From: Eledone cirrhosa
Taxonomy: Eukaryota
DNA length: 64,000 nt
Direction of reading: 5' to 3'
NCBI GenBank assembly: GCA_964016885.1
Contig: OZ024742.1
Span: 123,628,001-123,692,000, forward strand
Shown: positions 14,590 through 26,714 of the stretch, piece by piece
How positions within the stretch are numbered: the first letter of the stretch is position 1
Layout: each line of letters opens with the position of its first letter
The notes under the pieces: model-generated
What the model was told of the DNA's origin: nothing
The model's database searches: none
The model's input: the letters and a program-made list of their open reading frames with translations, nothing else
Position numbers and translations under genes: made by a program

Positions 14590-14912
14590 CACTTATTTGT
14601 TTATTTACCCATTTATGTTTTTCTTGTGGAATATTATTTACGTATTTCTTATTTACTTATGTGGAATATTACTTATGTATTTCTTATTTACTTATGTGGA
14701 ATATTATTTACGTATTTCTTATTTACTTATGTGGAATACTACTTATGTATTTCTTATTTACTTATGTGGAATATTACTTATGTATTTCTTATTTACTTAT
14801 GTGGAATATTCTTTATGTATTTCTTATTCACTTATGTGGAATATTATTTTTGTATTTCTTATTTACTTATGTGGAATATTATTTATGTATTTCTTATTTA
14901 CTTATTTATGTA
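14590..14912. repeat. 35-bp minisatellite (inverted partner of 11790-12390)
   Basis: Unit ATTTACTTATGTGGAATATTA(C/T)TTA(T/C)GTATTTCTT. Confidence 0.95.
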
Positions 14913-15239
14913 TAATTCTTCAGCCTAGCAATAGCGAGAGAATTAAGTCTTAGTAACCAGATTCTGCTTATATTTCTTTTCTCTCTCAGTACCTTTTACA
15001 GTTTTACATTTTCATCGTTCTACTTACCGTTTTGACCTCCTCCCCCGGCGTCCTCTTTGACCTCACACCCAGCTGTAGCTGGCACCACCAACGCATGAAT
15101 GGGTCTACTCCGCCCCCTCTCCCCTTCTCTCCTACTGGCAGGTTTGGCTACCTCCCCCACTAACTTGCCATCGCAGAATTACTACTACCTTGCGGGATGA
15201 CCAATCCTGGTGATTATCTCTTTGACCATATATGGAATT

Positions 15240-15334
15240 GCCCCTTGACAAGTTCGGCTATTTAAATACCAGAACTGATTTTTCATTCAGTACAGAATTA
15301 GCCGTCGAAACGGCTTGAGCTCAGCCGTCGGGGT
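15240..15334 (+). ncRNA. Type I hammerhead ribozyme, U3-A8 core variant
   Basis: cccc-TTGACAA-G..cggcta..tagccg..C-GAAA-CGGCT tgagctc AGCCG-TC-gggg; predicted cleavage after C15329. Confidence 0.75.
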
Positions 15335-15425
15335 CTTACTTACTCCTATTACCCACTCTACTACCCTAAGTATTGAGTACTTTGGTGTGTTATGGTCCAC
15401 CTGGTTCCTTACCACTTTTCCTTCG

Positions 15426-15471
<46 letters not shown>

Positions 15472-15496
15472 CTTTATGTATGTGTAGGTATGTGTG

Positions 15497-15527
<31 letters not shown>

Positions 15528-16190
15528 TTGTGGGGGGGGGGCATATGTGTATATATATATATGCGTGTGTGTGTGCGTATACGTGTGGGTGTCTGTGTGT
15601 GTGGGCGGGTGGGGGGATTCTCTGTGTGACCGATATATTGTATTAGCAACTTGGAAGACCAATGGAAACATTGTTTCCTCGGTCCGATTTGACGAATGTC
15701 GATCGTTCCTAAATATATTCAGAATGTAGAGAAGTGAGACACACGGGTTGATTATATATTATAGTAAAAAAGAAGAAAAAAACAGAAGAAAACGGTCGAG
15801 GTGAACACATAAACAGAACCAACTCATTTTTCCAATGCTACATCCACTATTAATAGTAACACAGCTATGGTCAACTCCAAGTTGAAATACAGAAAACGAC
15901 AAACAAAAATGTGTCCATTTCTATATATATGTATGTAAACCATGTTCTTTTCCCCAGCCATATTATTTTTTATATACAATTTAATTTCATTATGCCCTTC
16001 CGTCGCATGAAGATGCCTATACGTTGAAACCGATATGAAAATTACGGAAATTCCTATTTTGTAAATAAATGTTTTGCTGTTATTCTGAAAGAAAATCCCT
16101 TTAGCTTTTTCTACTGTTTTTACTTTTTTACTATTATATATATATATATATATAAATATACACGGGTGTGTATGATTTTGTATAGAAGAT

Positions 16191-16520
16191 TATATTAATA
16201 AAAGGAATTCCAACTTTGTCTGATTTACTCGTTTTATTTACAATCCTTTAAAATTTATAATGGTATTAGAATAAAATAGTATGGTAGAATATTAAATGTT
16301 AAGTCTTAATTCAACAAGTAATTTCATGCTTTCGCAATCTTCAGGGTCATATTCTGTCACCACAGAATATGACTCTGAAGATTGCGAAAGCATGAACGTA
16401 CTTGTTCAATTAAGACTTAACATTTAATATTCTACCATACTATTTTATTCTAATACCATTATAAATTTTAAAGGATTGTAAATAAAACGAGTAAATCAGA
16501 CAAAGTTGGAATTCCTTTTA

Positions 16521-16528
<8 letters not shown>
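16191..16528. repeat. Near-perfect fold-back (about 167-bp arms, 4-nt loop) with HHR-like core in both arms
   Basis: Centre ATTCTGT-cacc-ACAGAAT at 16351-16368; CTGAAGA-T-TGC gaaa GCA-T-GAA(A); (TA)n on both sides. Confidence 0.9.
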
Positions 16529-16556
<28 letters not shown>

Positions 16557-16605
16557 GCTTCTACAGGACTAGAACTGTTTCATCCGTGAGAAATCATCAG
16601 GAAGC
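16557..16605 (-). ncRNA. Type I hammerhead ribozyme
   Basis: Minus strand gcttc-CTGATGA-TTTC tcac GGAT-GAAA-CAG ttctagtc CTG-TA-gaagc. Confidence 0.8.
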
Positions 16606-16653
16606 CTAGTATTGAGTACCTTACTTACTGTGGTTACCTCCGATTCAACCCGG

Positions 16654-16723
<70 letters not shown>

Positions 16724-16735
16724 TAATATATAAAA

Positions 16736-16806
<71 letters not shown>

Positions 16807-17754
16807 GTTTAACAAGGTTCAATGAATTCATCAATTAATAAAGTTTCACAACAGATTATAAGCACTCTACAGTAGGTTTTCTGGAGTTATTAATATTACT
16901 TCAAAATATTAATAAATATAGACATTCATGTTATCAAATATATTTTATTATACATATTTCAGAGATACTGAGCTATTTCAACAGTACTTCCTCATCAGAT
17001 AAAATAAGTTGATGCTTGTCATATCTTGACTATGTTGATGGTTATAATTTAGTCATGGCAGTGATTAGTTATGACAAAACTCGATATTTATATACCTTAA
17101 GTTGAAACATGAAAAATTACATATTATTAACTATTACTCAAATCCCCCTAAATCCATGAAAAATGCAATAGTCAATAGTGTTCAAAAACGCTTAACTAGA
17201 TTATCTGCTAATAAATCCATTTTTGATGAAAAACCTGGATATTATAATGAGGCATTACATAAGGCAGGATATAAAAATAATATTGAATATCTAGATAATA
17301 CTAATTTGAATTATAAATTAGGTAAACATATGAATAACATAAATAAAGTGGACTCTAAAAATTATTTAAATATAAATAAGAATAATTCTCGGAAAAAAAT
17401 CAGAACCAAAGCAGTGATTTGGTATGCACCTCCTGCATATTTAGCTATAAAAACACCCCTGGCAAATTTATTCTTTAAGGCTTTAGATAAATGCTTTCCC
17501 AGCACACATTATTACCATTATATATTCAATAGACATACAATTAAGCTTATCATACTCAACAACTATGAATATGGTACAGAACATTGCAAAAATAAATAGT
17601 AGAATTCTTAATCATAACCAAAAAACAATTAGGGAAATGGCAATATTAACATTAGCAATAATATTGATACTGTGAATAACAATAACATTAACTTAAGCAC
17701 TCACAACAGAACACCTCCAAATATTAGCAATGATATCGTGTACAGTTTAAATTA

Positions 17755-17941
17755 TAATAATTGTTTCTACTTTAGGCACAAGGCCAGCAATTACCCAGTG
17801 CATTACTGGTACTTTATTTTATCGACCCCGTAAGGATGAAAGGCAAAGTCAACCTCGGCTGGATTTGAACTCAGATCGTAAAGGGACGTAACTATGCTGG
17901 AAAGCATGGCATCCGTCCCTCCACCGATACTGCCAATCCAC
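17755..17941 (-). mobile_element. tRNA-derived SINE (family 1) in the PLE linker
   Basis: Reverse complement of 18483-18668. Confidence 0.85.
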
Positions 17942-18482
17942 AATAATAACAGTAAATCGAAATGTAACTGTAGAAATAGATCGAATTGCCCTCTGCAAAA
18001 TAATTGTCTTAATAAGAACCTAGTTTATAAATGTCCCATTTAAGCAAATAACATCACCTACAACTATATAGGAGCAACCTCATCGAGCTTTAAAATATAT
18101 TCGAATCACAAACATCCTTTTTCGAATCCGGATAAGAACTTCTCCACTTCTTTATCACAACTAATATGGTCCTTGAAAGACAAACATTTAGAGTACTCAA
18201 TACTTTGGTCAAAACTCTGTAATAGCCAAGTCTACACTAATTCATCCGTATCCCCTAACTGCAATCTTTGTGATATGGAGACCCTATTAAGAATTACTAA
18301 TTATGATAAGTTAATTAACAAAAAAAGTGAATTATTCTCAAATTGCTTGCACAAAGCTTCACAAAAATCAGGAAAAAACATTGAATAAATGTGAAATGAT
18401 GTAGACGTTTATTAATAACTCTGAGTGTGAAACAATACTGTCTCAGATTAAAAATTATTGTAATGCTTGTATTATTTATACG

Positions 18483-18668
18483 GTGGAGTGGCAGTATCGG
18501 TAGAGGGTCGGACGCCATGCTTTCCAGCATAGTTACGTCCCTTTACGATCTGAGTTCAAATCCCGCCGAGGTTGACTTTGCCTTTCATCCTTACGGGGTC
18601 GATAAAATAAAGTACCAGTAATGCACTGGGAAATTGCTGGCCTTGTGCCAAAAGTAGAAACAATTATT
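18483..18668 (+). mobile_element. tRNA-derived SINE (family 1)
   Basis: TGGCAGTATCGG box A, GAGTTCAAATCC box B, GACTTTGCCTTTCATCC..GGGGTCGATAAAATAAAGTACCAGT core. Confidence 0.85.
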
Positions 18669-20003
18669 TATACTATTATTAATATGAGATTAAGGGTTTC
18701 GACCTTAACATTGAAAGTGTTAACCTGATCTCTTGTTGAGTATGTATGGCCTTTACATTGTTTAAATACATTTAATTTTGGTGTTCGTATTTTCTAAATC
18801 TTATATCTTATATATTTGATACCTTTAAGGTATTCAGGCTTGTAAACCGTTTAATTACTTTGAAAGGTTATTTAAGATTCATGAGGATATGATTATACAT
18901 ATAAAAGTTTCCTTAGCTCCAAGTTGATACATTTTTTTGTATACTTAAATTGATGCAAAATTTTAAATACAGTAAAATCTAGTTGAATTAAATTTATAAC
19001 ACTCTCAACAGAAATTATACTACATATAAGTGAATAATATCGTCTTAAACTTTAAAATTTATAGTCTATATATATATTATGTAAATGTCTATATCTAGAT
19101 TAATCTGGTTTAATAATATTTTATTAGATATATTTATAATGCTTTATGACCTATTAATAACATTTTAATTTTAAGTTTGTTTTTACTTATATATTGATTA
19201 TATTCTTGATTTTAATATACTTTTAAACATACTTGTGAATACATTTGGAGTTTGATGGACATAAATGTATCTTTTTCACGTTACATTTGCTTGAACTCAA
19301 TATAATACAACAAACAATATAATACAATATACATTCTTTAAAATGTTATAGTCTAAAATCTTAGGTCATTTGATTAATTATCTATTTTCAATTAACGTAA
19401 GATTTGAAAATAAACGGTCACGCATTATTCTTTCCCCCTATATAATTATACGCTATTTACATGTTACAATACATATCCCCCTCCCATTGAGTATACGATT
19501 TAACTTATTTTCCTCTCTCTATCATTTGATCATTTCTCCTTTCTCTTGTTCCTACGATCAAATCCCCTTTTTTTCTTTTATCTTTTTTTCTCTTTTTCCT
19601 CTTTTTCTCTTTTCCTTATGATTTGCTATCTTGATCTATCACTTACACTATCAACAATAAAGAGGTATGAATATATTATTATTATTTACATTTTTAACAG
19701 TTATAGAAGTTTATGTATTATATATTATTAATTATTTATATATAATTTTACACATTCTCACACGCACCCTCTGTATTAAATGTAATGTTTCATGTTTCAA
19801 CTTAAGGTATATAAATATCAAGTTTTGTCATAACTAATCACTGCCATGACTAAATTATAACCATCAACATAGTCAAGGTATGTCAAGCATCAACTTATTT
19901 TATCTGATGAGGCCGTACTGTTGAAATAGCTCAGTATCTCTGAAATATGTATAATAAAATATATTTGATCACGTGAATGTCTATATTTATTAATATTTTG
20001 AAG

Positions 20004-20054
<51 letters not shown>

Positions 20055-20065
20055 ATAAATATATA

Positions 20066-20772
20066 CTATCAGTGTATAATTCGGCGTTGCATGGGTAAGA
20101 ACATTGGTAATAGCACCTCCAATGAGAAACGTTTATTTGTGAGTGTCTGTTAAAAACTTACGAAAATATACCGACAGGAAACTTGCTTTATTTGGAGAAA
20201 ATTAAGAAGTTGAAAGTACAGTTTAGTTGTCTACGCGCATTGTTCATAGAAATATTGTTGAGCCCCGTCTTTTCATACTCCTCTGTTTTGTCCTATTGGA
20301 GTAAATGTGAAAGAGAAAGTCACAGGTTAAGTTGGTAGACGGTTCCAGTGCAATAGCAGTAAAGCGTAGTCTACTTACCTCAAAAGTTCATTCGCACTCT
20401 TTCCACTAAGTTACTCTTTCTTTCTCTCTATCCCTGTTGGTGCAGTCCCTTGCGAATTTCTCGCGCAGGCCTGGTGTAGATTTGCACCCGATCCATCTGC
20501 CCGATGCACATGTCCGCTTTGTACGGCTTTTGGAGGAAGGAGTGACCAGCAGTACGTTGTTCGGTATTATTACGAAAAGGTGTAGCAGAGAATGCCGCGC
20601 GAACTAACAGCTCGAGAGAACACTGCTTACTCCGAAGATTCATTCGCCATCGTTCTTGTCAACGCTCCGTTTAGTTGGTATTTGCTGGTCTACAGTTAGA
20701 TGAATGGCGCACAAAGGGTTAAAGTTTATTGGCAAGAAGTGGCAACTGGGCTGGCTTGCCTCACTTATATTA
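20066..20772 (-). mobile_element. Probable non-autonomous Helitron derivative
   Basis: Degenerate 3' hairpin (CCCATGCAACGCCG) near 20080-20096 and ORF 20428-20643 with RAAFS..IGQMD resembling a Helitron RepHel N-terminus. Confidence 0.4.
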
Positions 20773-20793
20773 TATATTAAAATAACAGATTAA

Positions 20794-20844
20794 AGTTTAA
20801 GCAGAGAATCGCTGCTTTCACCATTAACGGGATCATCAGAAACT
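20794..20844 (-). ncRNA. Type I hammerhead ribozyme in a solo PLE 3' fragment (about 20775-20990)
   Basis: Minus strand agttt-CTGATGA-TCCC gttaa TGGT-GAAA-GCAG cgattct CTGC-TT-aaact; same family as 56600-56803. Confidence 0.8.
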
Positions 20845-21295
20845 AAAAAATCAATCTGTGAACGCAGAAGTAAATATTTCGAAAAACGTTGCAACCGAAG
20901 CAAAACAGGAAAACGATACTTTGGTTCGTGAAGACAATCCGGAAAATAGTCAACATAATACGTCATCAATGTTTATGATAATGTCGTAATACAGACAGCA
21001 GACATACATACAGATATTATAAGGGGCGCGAGGGAGATCGATAACCAGCGCCTAACACCCCTTTAACAACAGATAATTGAAAAACAAAACCTGCACTTAA
21101 TATGTTTAGAGCGCAAGGAATATATAAATGCAGGTTTGAAGTGAATCGGAGTAGAAATGTGGATTTGTATAGACTTTGCAAAAATGAGGACACACACACA
21201 GACATCTACAGTTTTATATGTATGGATAGATAACATATATATATAATAAATAAATATAATTGTTTCTACGTTTGGCACATACATACATACATACA

Positions 21296-21326
<31 letters not shown>

Positions 21327-21384
21327 TTATATATACATATATACATATATATACATATATCCATACATACAAAAACATATATAC

Positions 21385-21479
<95 letters not shown>

Positions 21480-21505
21480 TGTATGTATGTATGTATATAT
21501 ATATA

Positions 21506-21557
<52 letters not shown>

Positions 21558-21684
21558 AAAATGAAGATAACTCAAATGAATTTAATCTAATTCAAAATTA
21601 TGGGTGTCATGCCAGAGAGCAATGCGCCATATTATCTCCTGTGATTATTCATGTTTATTTATATGTTAATCAATTTCTAGTTAT

Positions 21685-21732
<48 letters not shown>

Positions 21733-21734
21733 GG

Positions 21735-23205
21735 AGGTGAGTTTTATTGTAGTACTATAAAGCAATGAAGATATCGGATAAGAAGCACTCTACAGTTTGT
21801 AGGACTGGAGTATACATAATATATAAGATCAAAAGATGGTTAAAAGAGTTCCATGTATTTTATTATGCGCATTTCAAAAACAAATATCATCATGCAATAA
21901 TATTTGTGTTTTCATCAGATAAAATAGGAAGACATGATATGAAGTTTAAAAACACTTGTGGATAGTGCAGTTTTAAATCAACATATGAAAAGTAGTTTTA
22001 GATTGATGTGTGATATTGGGGAAAAACATTTTTGAGGGGGGGGGGGTTGGAAAAGATGAAAAAGAGGAGGAGATGAGAGTAAAAAGTTGAGGGGGAGGAG
22101 TATAATGAGGAAGGATGAGATAGGAGGAGAGATGGGTGATAGAGAGAGAGAGATAGCTTTTATAACTGAGAAAAATATATTGTTTTACATAGAGAGGTTG
22201 AAAAACGGTTGGAAGATAATGTATGAATTAGAAGAATTTGAAAATTAACGAAGAGAAAAATAATGTAAAGTTAAGGTTTGTATATTGAAGGGTTTAATAA
22301 TATGTGCGATGAAAAGAAATTGTTAATATGTATTAAGAATAATATTTAAGGGTTTAATAATATGTGTGATGGAAAGAAAATGTTAATATGTATTAAGAAT
22401 AATATATAAGGGTTTAATAATATGTGCGATGGAGAGAAAATGTTGATATGTATTATTAAAAAAACAAAAGTAATGTAAGTAAGGATATATTGTAAGATGA
22501 GCATGAATAAGTGAGATGAAAGTGAGAAAAAAATAATGAATAGAGGATGAATAATCTAACGTCAAAAAAAAAATGTTTATGTTTACGAAGGATTTTGTCA
22601 AGGTGATATGAAGTAAGAATATATTGTATTGTGTAATAATTGTTTCTATGTTAGGCACAGTGAGAAAAGGTACATATTAGGGGTTAGAAATTAAAAGAAA
22701 AAGAAAAGAAAAGGAAAAGGAAGAAAGGGAAGTGATAAATAGGAGTGATATAGAATGAGTAACAAGTATTATATAATATATAATAAATAACTTTGAAATA
22801 AGGTAGAAAGATGGGTATATTTTTAAAGAAGTATATATATATATATATATATATATGTGCCTTTGAGAAAAGGATTCTGAATTGATAAAGTTTAGGATAT
22901 TAGCTGTATACTTTATGGAATGTTCTGTGGAATTTATGCAAGCAGAGAAAAAACAAGTCGGTGCGTCTATTTATTATAGATAATATAATGAGGCAGCAGA
23001 AGAAACCTTTTTCCAAGTAACATCTCTTGGAAAAAGGTTTCTTCTGCTGCTCTATACGTGAACAGTTCTCTATCCAAGACTTGCAATCTCTGTCTAAATG
23101 AAAAAATTATCATTATATCTAATTTAGATTCTATAATAAATAGACGCACTGACTTGTTTTCTCTCTGCTTGCATAAATTCCACAGAACAGTCCATAAAGT
23201 ATACA
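21735..23205 (-). mobile_element. Penelope-like element 3' part with inverted 5' junction
   Basis: Endonuclease C-terminus IINRRTDLFSLCLHK on minus (22905-22982) and again on plus (23020-23205, TCNLCLNEK); HHR at 21858-21924; (TA)n flank. Confidence 0.8.
21858..21924 (-). ncRNA. Type I hammerhead ribozyme
   Basis: Reverse complement of 49953-50019: ttttat-CTGATGA-long stem II-GAAA-TGCGCA-TA-ataaaa. Confidence 0.85.
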
Positions 23206-23208
23206 TAT

Positions 23209-23276
23209 ACATCCGTGTCGATTTAGATATATATGTATGTATATGTGTGTGTGTGTGTATGTGTACGAATGTATAA

Positions 23277-23347
<71 letters not shown>

Positions 23348-23360
23348 TAGATATTGGTGG

Positions 23361-23392
<32 letters not shown>

Positions 23393-23442
23393 GACCAAAA
23401 GTTTATATATCTATATATCTATATATATATATAAACTTTTGG

Positions 23443-23485
<43 letters not shown>

Positions 23486-23494
23486 CTTTTGGTC

Positions 23495-23525
<31 letters not shown>

Positions 23526-23789
23526 CGTGTGTTTGTGTGTGTGTCTAGATATTGGTGGTATATAATATATATATATCTATATATATATATGACCAAAAGT
23601 TTATATATATATATCTATATATATATATAAACTTTTGGTCATATATATATATATATATGTAGAAATATATATTATATACCACCAATATCTCCACACACAA
23701 ACACACACACACACACACGCACATATATATATATATATATACATATATTTATATATGTATATATATATGCTCATATATATATATATATG

Positions 23790-23820
<31 letters not shown>

Positions 23821-23900
23821 TTATACGGTACATACGTACAAACACATTCGTACACATACACACACACATATACATACGTATATATGTAAATCGCCACGGA
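23209..23900. repeat. Fold-back/tandem array of a microsatellite-rich unit
   Basis: TCTAGATATTGGTGGTATA and TGACCAAAAGTTT blocks recur in direct and inverted orientation. Confidence 0.75.
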
Positions 23901-23994
23901 TATATATGTATACGCGCACATTTGTGTACATCCACAAAAATACACATGTACGCCCATACATCCATATATATAAGCAGATAAATATATACCCTTA

Positions 23995-24441
<447 letters not shown>

Positions 24442-24470
24442 TTATATATATATATATATATACATATATG

Positions 24471-24509
<39 letters not shown>

Positions 24510-25583
24510 TTCGTTTCTGAATTTGTTTAGCAAGATTCTTTATCCGAAAACGTGTGTTGAAACCGATATTCTTATACTTTGGGAGGGTCATGTTGCCAAT
24601 AAGAAACACATGCACCAGATGATTTCACTCCAATTTATAATAAATTAAATTATTAATATAAAAATTTATAAATTTTCGGTTGGATGGTTCGTTCCACAAA
24701 CAGACGGTTGTTTATATATTGTCAAAGTTCTTTCGTCACACATTCCGTGGCCTCTTCAGTCACTGGGGATTCTTTTCTTTGTTTTGTGTCTCTCCTTTGT
24801 TCTTTCCTATGTCATCTTGTTTTTGTGTGTGTTGTGTGCTTAGTTTGCGCATGTGTTACATCCGGGTGTCTGTGTGTGTTTTTATTTGTTTATTTATTTG
24901 TTTATTTACATGTCACTAGTTGGTTGTTTGCTCTATGTGTGTGTGTTTTCATTTTGTCCTTAATTGTAAGTTGTGATGTTGCTATTCCATTCATGTTTTC
25001 TATTTAATTTTGGTTGGAGTTGATTTATGTTTATTGCCTCTGTGATTTGTCTAAACATTGCGTCTTTTCTGTGTGTAGATTTTATTTTTATTTCTATGTT
25101 CTCTAATTTGCCCTTATGTTCTATTTTAGCATGTTGGTAGAGTACTGATGATTCTTTAAGCTCTCGCCAGTGTTGATTTAATCGTTCCCCTAGAGTGTTG
25201 ATTTAATCTGTCTCACCTATGTGCACTATATTCTTATCTTTACATTGTCCTTCAGTAAATCTTATGCTAGATACTATGTTTCTAGTTGTGCAGTTAATAT
25301 GGGGGCTTAGTTTACAGATTATGCATTTCTTATCTATACAAGGAGGTCTTTGAAAAGGGGTATGTATTACTAATCAGTGTTTTTATGGAGATACCTGTTC
25401 TTTCTACTATCTTAATATTTAGTTTAAGTTTATCTAAGGCTCTTCTAAATTTGTAAGGTAGTTCATCTCTAGGGGTTGTATTGATGAACATTACACTCTG
25501 GTATTTAGTGCTATCATACCATGAGTTTATTCTATTAACCTTCTTCCTAGTTCTTTCTATTCTATTCCATAATTTGGTATATT

Positions 25584-25585
<2 letters not shown>
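24510..25585 (-). mobile_element. Penelope-like element of a second clade (GIY-YIG, broken) with HHR-like motif at 24721-24763
   Basis: Minus strand: PCIDKKCIICK..NCTTRNIV..HIGET..GERLNQH..YQHAKIEH..FRQITEAINI..LNRKHEWN; gtga-CTGAAGA..GAAA-GAAC-TT. Confidence 0.8.
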
Positions 25586-25626
<41 letters not shown>

Positions 25627-25806
25627 TTAATACATTAACAGAGAAAGCTTTAAGCAATACTCCGACGGACATCCATCTCACTCAACAAACATTAGGATAT
25701 ACCTGAGTATAACCCTAATTATAGGTTTGGTGTGCTAACTCTAATGTATTTTACAGATAGCCGGCTGTATTATTTTATATGAGACATAATTAAATACATC
25801 TCTCCT

Positions 25807-25928
25807 TCCAAACGATGGTTTCGTTATAAGTTTTCTACAAATTGGGAAGATAATGTCCAGGTTATGGAAAAGCCTGCATATAGTCCATAGCTATACATGC
25901 AGCTGGGCACTTATAACTCATCAGTGGA
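25807..25928 (-). ncRNA. Type I hammerhead ribozyme with large stem II insert, in a 330-bp (TA)n-bounded element (25626-25950)
   Basis: Minus strand tcca-CTGATGA-GTTATAAGT..about 75 nt..ACTTATAAC-GAAA-C catc G-TT-tgga. Confidence 0.85.
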
Positions 25929-25943
25929 TGCCCACCAATATCA

Positions 25944-26009
<66 letters not shown>

Positions 26010-26396
26010 TTGGACTGTTGAAGTGAACAGAAGTGTTTATATTTCTCTTTACCAAGTCAGTAGTCAGCTACCCAGCTTTAAAGCCTATTTGACCGAACAT
26101 ATATTTGTGTATATATACTTGTAACCACGTGCTTTACCTTCCAACGTTTTCTTAACTACAGATTATTATATACACTCGTATTTCTCTTAATATCTTCAAC
26201 AAACCAAATAACCAAAGGCTCACTCACATAAGGACAAAAAGTATATACAAATACACGTGCTTTGCCTAAAAACTCGCAAGTAAGTCTTCTTAACTACAAA
26301 CTATTATATACAGTCGTTTTTCCTTGGATATCTTCAAACAACCAAATAACCAAAAACTATAAACATCCTCAAACACCCAAACTCACATCCATAAGA

Positions 26397-26450
<54 letters not shown>

Positions 26451-26714
26451 GATTATTTAATTATTTCAAATAATATTATATACACCCGTATTTTCAAATA
26501 ATATTATATACACTCGTTTTTTCCTGGATATCTTCAAACAACCAAATAACCAAAAACTATTAACATCCTCAAACAACCAAACTCACATCCATAAGAGAGA
26601 AAAAAATATATATATAGACGCGATTCTTTAACTTCTTCAAATAACTAAAGTCTCACTCACATATCAATTAAGAAATATCTTAAAACGCACACAAGGATAA
26701 TAAAAAAAAAAAAA

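Larger units (their letters stand above)
13717..15428 (+). mobile_element. Penelope-like element, right arm of the inverted insertion, with about 80-nt extra tail
   Basis: Reverse complement of 11349-13206; encodes WKLLSRANSYTGGRRPCNLCSEE..LLNKK; ends in (TA)n. Confidence 0.9.
16800..20009 (+). mobile_element. Penelope-like element (RT thumb plus GIY-YIG, broken), 5'-truncated with inverted pLTR
   Basis: ORF 17102-17599 (RLTRLSANKSIF..YYNEALHKAGY..WYAPP), CNCRNRSNCPL near 17960, ORF 18173-18388 (CNLCDME..LINKKSEL); 16893-17121 is the reverse complement of 19781-20009, which carries CTGATGA..GAAA at 19905-19927. Confidence 0.9.

Noticed and set aside
11663-14953. 200-250-aa hydrophobic ORFs (YLLMWNI repeats) resembling membrane proteins
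   Set aside because: Open in all three frames because of a stop-free 35-bp minisatellite
11349-15349. Large palindrome as an assembly or chimeric-read artefact
   Set aside because: Arms differ by many substitutions, indels and repeat number, which fits an aged genuine insertion; long reads would still be the final test
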